IMG/VR virus record: IMGVR_UViG_3300033149_004104
Location: 115,564-135,563 of that record
Reading direction: 5' to 3' (one strand)
DNA: 20,000 bases
Source: an uncultured virus (IMG/VR IMGVR_UViG_3300033149_004104)
Lineage: Duplodnaviria > Heunggongvirae > Uroviricota > Caudoviricetes
A program made the translations under genes and the position numbers. The notes beneath the pieces were generated by a model. It was not told the DNA's origin and made no database searches. It saw only the letters and a program-made list of their open reading frames with translations. Positions 15,846 through 20,000 of this stretch are shown in pieces (within the stretch, counting starts at the first letter, position 1; each line of letters starts with the position of its first letter).

Positions 15846-16373
15846 ATGAAAAAAATAATATTGACTCTGGGTTTGTTTCTAATTGTTATGTTTAATCTAT
15901 GGGCAGATGAGGTACCTCTTTTAAATGAGGAGCAGCAGGAAGAGGTGCGAAAAAGGATTGAGTCTTGGGATATAGATGTTCCAGAAGTTTTTTGGGATTC
16001 TGAGCTTAGAATAAAAGGCGGAACAAGTGAAACTTATAAAAAAAGGCCTTCTGTAAAAGATGTCTTTAGAGATGTTGTCTTTTTCAAGGAAGAAAATCTG
16101 GACGGCAGTATTACTTTCGCTACTATTGAGCCTATACAAGTAAAAGGAAACGAGGTAATATTATCATTTGAAATTTTTAGAGAATTTAATAATGGCAGAA
16201 AAATAGTTGATAATGCGATTTATTTTTATTTTCAATATTATAAAGATGAGAATTATAGCTATCTATATAAAATTTATTTGCCAAGCATCATGATGTCTAG
16301 TACTAACGGTTATGAAATTGTATTTGCTATTGTAGCGTATGCTTCTCATGTTAAAGCAATGGGCATTGAATAG
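15846..16373 (+). CDS. Exported protein with Sec signal peptide
   Basis: MKKIILTLGLFLIVMFNLWA|DEVP signal pattern; SD AAGGAG. Confidence 0.8.
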   Translation: MKKIILTLGLFLIVMFNLWADEVPLLNEEQQEEVRKRIESWDIDVPEVFWDSELRIKGGTSETYKKRPSVKDVFRDVVFFKEENLDGSITFATIEPIQVKGNEVILSFEIFREFNNGRKIVDNAIYFYFQYYKDENYSYLYKIYLPSIMMSSTNGYEIVFAIVAYASHVKAMGIE

Positions 16374-16390
16374 TTAAAAAAGGAATATCA

Positions 16391-18607
16391 ATGGGCGATT
16401 TTTTCAAACAAGATATATCAAAAAGAATTTTTGAGATGAAATATATGATACATGGAGAAAAAGATGAGGATCAGGTCTTTAAAGAAATAGCAGAAGAAAT
16501 TGGAAATAATGAAGAAGAAATAAATATCTTTTATAGTGAAATAAAACAGGGGAGATTGATTCCAGGCGGAAGAATACTTGCTAATGCTCGCCCTTATTCA
16601 AAATTGAAAAATTATATTAACTGTTTTGTAATTGATATTGAAGATTCGATGGAGTCTATTACAAATGCTCTTTCTGAATATATGAAAATTTTAAAACAAG
16701 GAGGGGGTGTTGGCTTTAATATTTCTAAGTTAAGACCAAAAGGAGCAGAGCTATCTGTAGGTGGAAAAAGCAGCGGACCTTTATCTTTTTTAGAAGTATT
16801 CGATCAAGCGAGTAAAACAATTGAGGTGGGAGGGGCCCGCCGAGGTGCAAGTATTTGTATTTTAGATGTTTCGCATCCTGATATTGAGGAATTTATTGAA
16901 TTTAAACAAGGCGATGATAATAAAAAACTTACGCAATTCAACATTAGTGTGGGAGTTACTGACGAGTTTATGAACGCTGTTTCCAGTAATATGGATTGGG
17001 ATTTAAGATGGAACGGTAGAGTGTTTAAGACAGTTAAAGCAAAAATACTATATGATAAAATAATGAGAAATGCTTATTTGTATAATGAGCCTGGTATATT
17101 TAATTTTTCTATCGTAAATAAGTATAATAACGGGTATTATTTGTATGAGATAAAATCTCCAAATCCATGCGGCGAGATCCCTTTATCCCCTTATGGAGTC
17201 TGTTGCCTCTCATCTATTAATCTTACACAATTTGTGGTAAAATCTTTTGAAAGCGATGCGAGTATTGATTGGTCGTTATTAAAAAAATCTATAATGACTG
17301 GGATACGATTTTTAGATAATGTGGTTGATAAAAGTGAATACCCTTTTAAAAAAATTGAAAATCGTGCTAAAGGAGATAGAAGAATAGGTTTAGGGGTTAC
17401 TGGATTGGGAGACGCACTTGCAATGCTTAGATTATCTTATGATAGTAAAGATGCCGAAAAATTTATTGCAAGATTATTTCAATTTTTCAGAGATGTATCT
17501 TATAAAGCTTCGATTGAATTAGCTAAAGAAAGAGGTACTTTTCCGAATTATGATAAAAAATTTTTAGAATCAGAATTTATTAAAAATCTTCCAGTTGATG
17601 TTAGGGCAGATATTAGGAAATATGGAATTCGAAATATTTGTCTAAATTCAAATGCTCCAACAGGAACAATTTCTCTTACGGTAGGTCAAAATTGTAGTAG
17701 TGGTATAGAGCCTATTTTTTCACTTGAATATGATAGAATTGTACAAGTAGATAATGAAGATAAAATTGAAAGAATTTATGATTACGCTTGGCTCCTCTAT
17801 AGGGAGAAGTTTGGGGGGGAGGAAATTCCTGATTTTTTTAAAACAGCTCTTCAGATAGATCCTTATAGACATGTTGATATTCAAGCTGTAATTCAAAAAT
17901 ATGTTGATAATAGTATTTCAAAGACAATAAATATTCCTGAGAACTATTCTAGGAAAGACTACTCCAATTTATTTTATTATGCTTATAAAAAAGAAGTTAA
18001 GGGGGTAACTAGTTTTCGTGTGGGCTCAATGAAAGGAGTGCTCAATGTAATAAATGGAAAGGATGGTAATAGGCCTTTATATATATGTAGAACTTATGCT
18101 CCAAAGAGACCTCCAGAACTTCCGTGCGATATATATGAAATAAGTGTAGATAAAATAAGGCATATTGTATTAGTGGGGAAGCTTCATGGTACGCTTTATG
18201 AAATTTTTGTCACAAATGATCCAGAAAATAAAATAGAAAAAATTGGAAAGAAGACAGGTATAATAAGAAAAGTAAAAAAAAATCACTATCAACTTTCAAT
18301 CGATAACGGAAATGAAAAAATTTGTATTGATAATATAGGAAAGGAGTTTGATGAAGAATATTCATCACTTAGTAGATTTATTTCAATGTCATTACGACAT
18401 GGAGTACCTCTACAATTTATTGTTGATCAACTTCAAAAAGATAAGAATTTTGTAGGTTTTGAAAGGTCTGTAGCTCGGATTCTTAAAAAATATATTAAAG
18501 AGGGGGAAAAGGTTTTGACTGATAAATGTAGGGAATGTGGAAAAGACCTTGTGTATAAAGAGGGATGCGTACAATGTGTATCCTGTGGATGGAGTAAATG
18601 TAGTTAA
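16391..18607 (+). CDS. nrdJ: Class II (adenosylcobalamin-dependent) ribonucleotide reductase
   Basis: PGGRIL, NCFV, GGGVG, RRGA, FNISV, EPG, NPCGEI, CCLSSINL, RRIGLG, APTGTIS, SSGIEP, SISKTIN; C-terminal TSCPD-like domain and CxxC...CxxCGWSKC; no NrdB gene adjacent. Confidence 0.94.
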   Translation: MGDFFKQDISKRIFEMKYMIHGEKDEDQVFKEIAEEIGNNEEEINIFYSEIKQGRLIPGGRILANARPYSKLKNYINCFVIDIEDSMESITNALSEYMKILKQGGGVGFNISKLRPKGAELSVGGKSSGPLSFLEVFDQASKTIEVGGARRGASICILDVSHPDIEEFIEFKQGDDNKKLTQFNISVGVTDEFMNAVSSNMDWDLRWNGRVFKTVKAKILYDKIMRNAYLYNEPGIFNFSIVNKYNNGYYLYEIKSPNPCGEIPLSPYGVCCLSSINLTQFVVKSFESDASIDWSLLKKSIMTGIRFLDNVVDKSEYPFKKIENRAKGDRRIGLGVTGLGDALAMLRLSYDSKDAEKFIARLFQFFRDVSYKASIELAKERGTFPNYDKKFLESEFIKNLPVDVRADIRKYGIRNICLNSNAPTGTISLTVGQNCSSGIEPIFSLEYDRIVQVDNEDKIERIYDYAWLLYREKFGGEEIPDFFKTALQIDPYRHVDIQAVIQKYVDNSISKTINIPENYSRKDYSNLFYYAYKKEVKGVTSFRVGSMKGVLNVINGKDGNRPLYICRTYAPKRPPELPCDIYEISVDKIRHIVLVGKLHGTLYEIFVTNDPENKIEKIGKKTGIIRKVKKNHYQLSIDNGNEKICIDNIGKEFDEEYSSLSRFISMSLRHGVPLQFIVDQLQKDKNFVGFERSVARILKKYIKEGEKVLTDKCRECGKDLVYKEGCVQCVSCGWSKCS

Positions 18608-18632
18608 ATTTTTAAACAAAAAAATATATATT
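18604..18632 (+). promoter_or_regulatory. Promoter-like motif TTAAAT-N17-TATATT after nrdJ
   Basis: TTAAAT at 18604-18609 (overlapping the nrdJ stop) and TATATT at 18627-18632. Confidence 0.65.
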
Positions 18633-18665
18633 AAAAAATGAAACAATTGAGAAGGAGGATAGTTT

Positions 18666-18839
18666 ATGTATTTAAGAAAAATTTCAAAGGAAATAGAAAA
18701 TGTGGATGAAAGACAAATTGATATACGGGGTAAATGTGATCAGAAATTAGAAGAATGGGTATCCATGTTTAAGGGGTATGGTAAAACTTGTAAATTACTC
18801 TTTAATAATATAATTGTAAAAAGTATGAAAGGGGAATAG
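18666..18839 (+). pseudogene. Frameshifted paralogue of the downstream MazG-like gene (57-aa ORF)
   Basis: SD AGGAGG; MYLRKISKEIENVDERQIDIRGKCDQKLEEWVSMFKGYGKTC aligns with the 18944 ORF; similarity continues in another frame (YNCKKYERGIVN vs YNCEKYEKALIK). Confidence 0.65.
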
Positions 18840-18943
18840 TTAATGAACCGTTTTGTTAGAAAAATAGAGGGGGGTTGAGAATTATTTTGTTAAAACACCC
18901 ATTTGAAATGTCGAAATAAAACAATTGGAAAGGAGAATAATTT

Positions 18944-19171
18944 ATGAGTATAAGAGAAATTTTAAAAAAAGTAAAAAATGAGAGAAAAAAACAAATTGGT
19001 ATGCTGGGTAATCGTAGGCGGACACTAATAAAGTGGGTGTCCATATTAGGTAAAGAGTATGGTAATGCTTGTGAGTTCGCTCTTGAATATAATTGTGAAA
19101 AATATGAAAAGGCACTTATTAAAGTAATGGCAATAGCATTGATGTCTTTAAAAGATTTAACTTCATATTAA
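18944..19171 (+). CDS. Degenerate MazG-like (all-alpha NTP pyrophosphatase) protein
   Basis: ER..Q...G......W..IL.KEYGN......Y..ALIKVMAIA follows the phage MazG-like pattern (EExGE...ELxQVAAVA), but most acidic ligands are replaced; SD AGGAG. Confidence 0.6.
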   Translation: MSIREILKKVKNERKKQIGMLGNRRRTLIKWVSILGKEYGNACEFALEYNCEKYEKALIKVMAIALMSLKDLTSY

Positions 19172-19178
19172 TTAAAAA

Positions 19179-19250
19179 AAATAGGGGCCGATGTATGAGG
19201 GGCATCCTGTTAAGATATTCCCCTCTTATACAAACTTTGCCTCTTTATTT
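19179..19250 (+). other. Long imperfect intergenic stem-loop
   Basis: TGTAT-GAGGGG (19192-19202) pairs with CCCCTC-tt-ATACA (19220-19232); outer AAATAGGGGC pairs with GCCTC..TATTT. Confidence 0.55.
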
Positions 19251-19305
19251 AATAAATTCAAAAAAAAAATATTAACAAAAATGCTTGAGAGTAAGGAGTA
19301 AATAG

Positions 19306-20000
19306 ATGAAAGACAAAATTATTAAAAGAATTATCAGGAAAAAGATAATAGATTGGGTAAAAAGTATAGAGGATGAAAAGTTAAGAGAAGATATATACCA
19401 GGATTGCATTGTTACTGGAGGGGCTATAGTCTCTTTGATGTTGAATGAAAAACCGAAAGATTATGATGTTTATTTTAAAACTAGAGAAACAGTTAAAAAA
19501 GTAGCGAAGTATTATATAAAGAAATTCAATGAAAAAAAGAAGGGTAGTTTAGCGTTTCTCGAAGAAAGAGGGGATGATAAGAGATTATCTATACTAGTAG
19601 AGGATGAAGTCGTAGAAAATATTGTAGAAAGATCTGATGACATTCCCGAGGAAATTGTAGAAGATATTGTAGAGAGAGCTGATGACATTCCAGAAGAAGA
19701 GCTAGAGGGGGATGTAAAAGAAGAAAATGAAAAATATGTGCCTGTTTTTCTTTCGCCCAATGCTATTACATTATCTAATGGAATACAAGTAGTGATACGT
19801 TTTTATGGTACTCCGAGAGAAATACATAAAACTTTCGATTTCGTACACTGTACAGCTTGGTATCGTTATAGAGATAATAAACTCGATTACACTAAGAAAT
19901 GTATTCGTTCTATTTTAAACAAGGAACTTATTTATATAGGAAGTCAATATCCTATTTGTTCTGTTATGAGAACGAGAAAATTTATAAAAAGAGGGTGGAA
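19306..20000 (+). CDS. Pol-beta-superfamily nucleotidyltransferase of phage type (runs off the right edge)
   Basis: Missing from the ORF track. SD AAGGAG; CIVTGGAIVSL...KPKDYDVYF (GG...DxD), SPNAITLSNGIQVVIRFYG, FDFVHC, YPICSVMRTRKFIKRGW. Confidence 0.82.
   Translation, partial: MKDKIIKRIIRKKIIDWVKSIEDEKLREDIYQDCIVTGGAIVSLMLNEKPKDYDVYFKTRETVKKVAKYYIKKFNEKKKGSLAFLEERGDDKRLSILVEDEVVENIVERSDDIPEEIVEDIVERADDIPEEELEGDVKEENEKYVPVFLSPNAITLSNGIQVVIRFYGTPREIHKTFDFVHCTAWYRYRDNKLDYTKKCIRSILNKELIYIGSQYPICSVMRTRKFIKRGW
19606..19695 (+). repeat. In-frame 45-nt tandem duplication (15 aa x 2)
   Basis: EVVENIVERSDDIPE / EIVEDIVERADDIPE; units start at 19606 and 19651. Confidence 0.9.

Noticed and set aside
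14641..18607. Intein or intron in recA or nrdJ
   Set aside because: Both have normal length and contiguous motifs with no splicing signatures.
19606..19695. CRISPR-like repeat
   Set aside because: Two adjacent in-frame coding units with no spacers.
9350..19760. Minus-strand ORFs 9350-9604, 9829-10017, 13896-14084, 15921-16139, 18410-18646, 18856-19044 and 19512-19760
   Set aside because: Antisense shadows of plus-strand genes; the Ser-rich 19512-19760 ORF is just the complement of the Glu/Asp-rich repeat.
1..20000. Stop-codon reassignment
   Set aside because: Code 11 gives dense full-length genes, and TAA, TAG and TGA are all used as real stops.

Overview
This is a very AT-rich, gene-dense 20 kb segment that reads as the DNA replication, recombination and nucleotide-metabolism region of a large tailed phage (or phage-like replicon). 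The standard genetic code gives long ORFs. The left arm (minus strand, about 1-8785) carries a beta-clamp-like protein, a calcineurin-like metallophosphoesterase, a 5'-3' flap exonuclease, a HARP-SNF2 helicase, a family-4 uracil-DNA glycosylase, a DHH phosphoesterase and the start of a probable DNA polymerase with a degenerate UDG-like N-terminus. The right arm (plus strand) carries a double winged-helix protein followed by an 82-bp AT-rich inverted repeat (candidate origin, near an apparent GC-skew flip), a gp32-like SSB with a C-terminal Zn ribbon, an HNH nuclease, a Zn-ribbon/sigma-region-2-like protein with a Mor-like partner, a cysteine-poor HNH coupled to RecA, two membrane/exported proteins, a class II ribonucleotide reductase, two decayed MazG-like tandem paralogues and a Pol-beta-like nucleotidyltransferase. 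Two promoter-like motifs recur: TTAAAWTTTT-N13-TATATT (4 copies) and WACTAA 6-9 nt before SD-less starts (3 copies). All family calls come from motif recognition by eye; no searches were run. I saw no tRNA, rRNA, CRISPR array, intron or intein.
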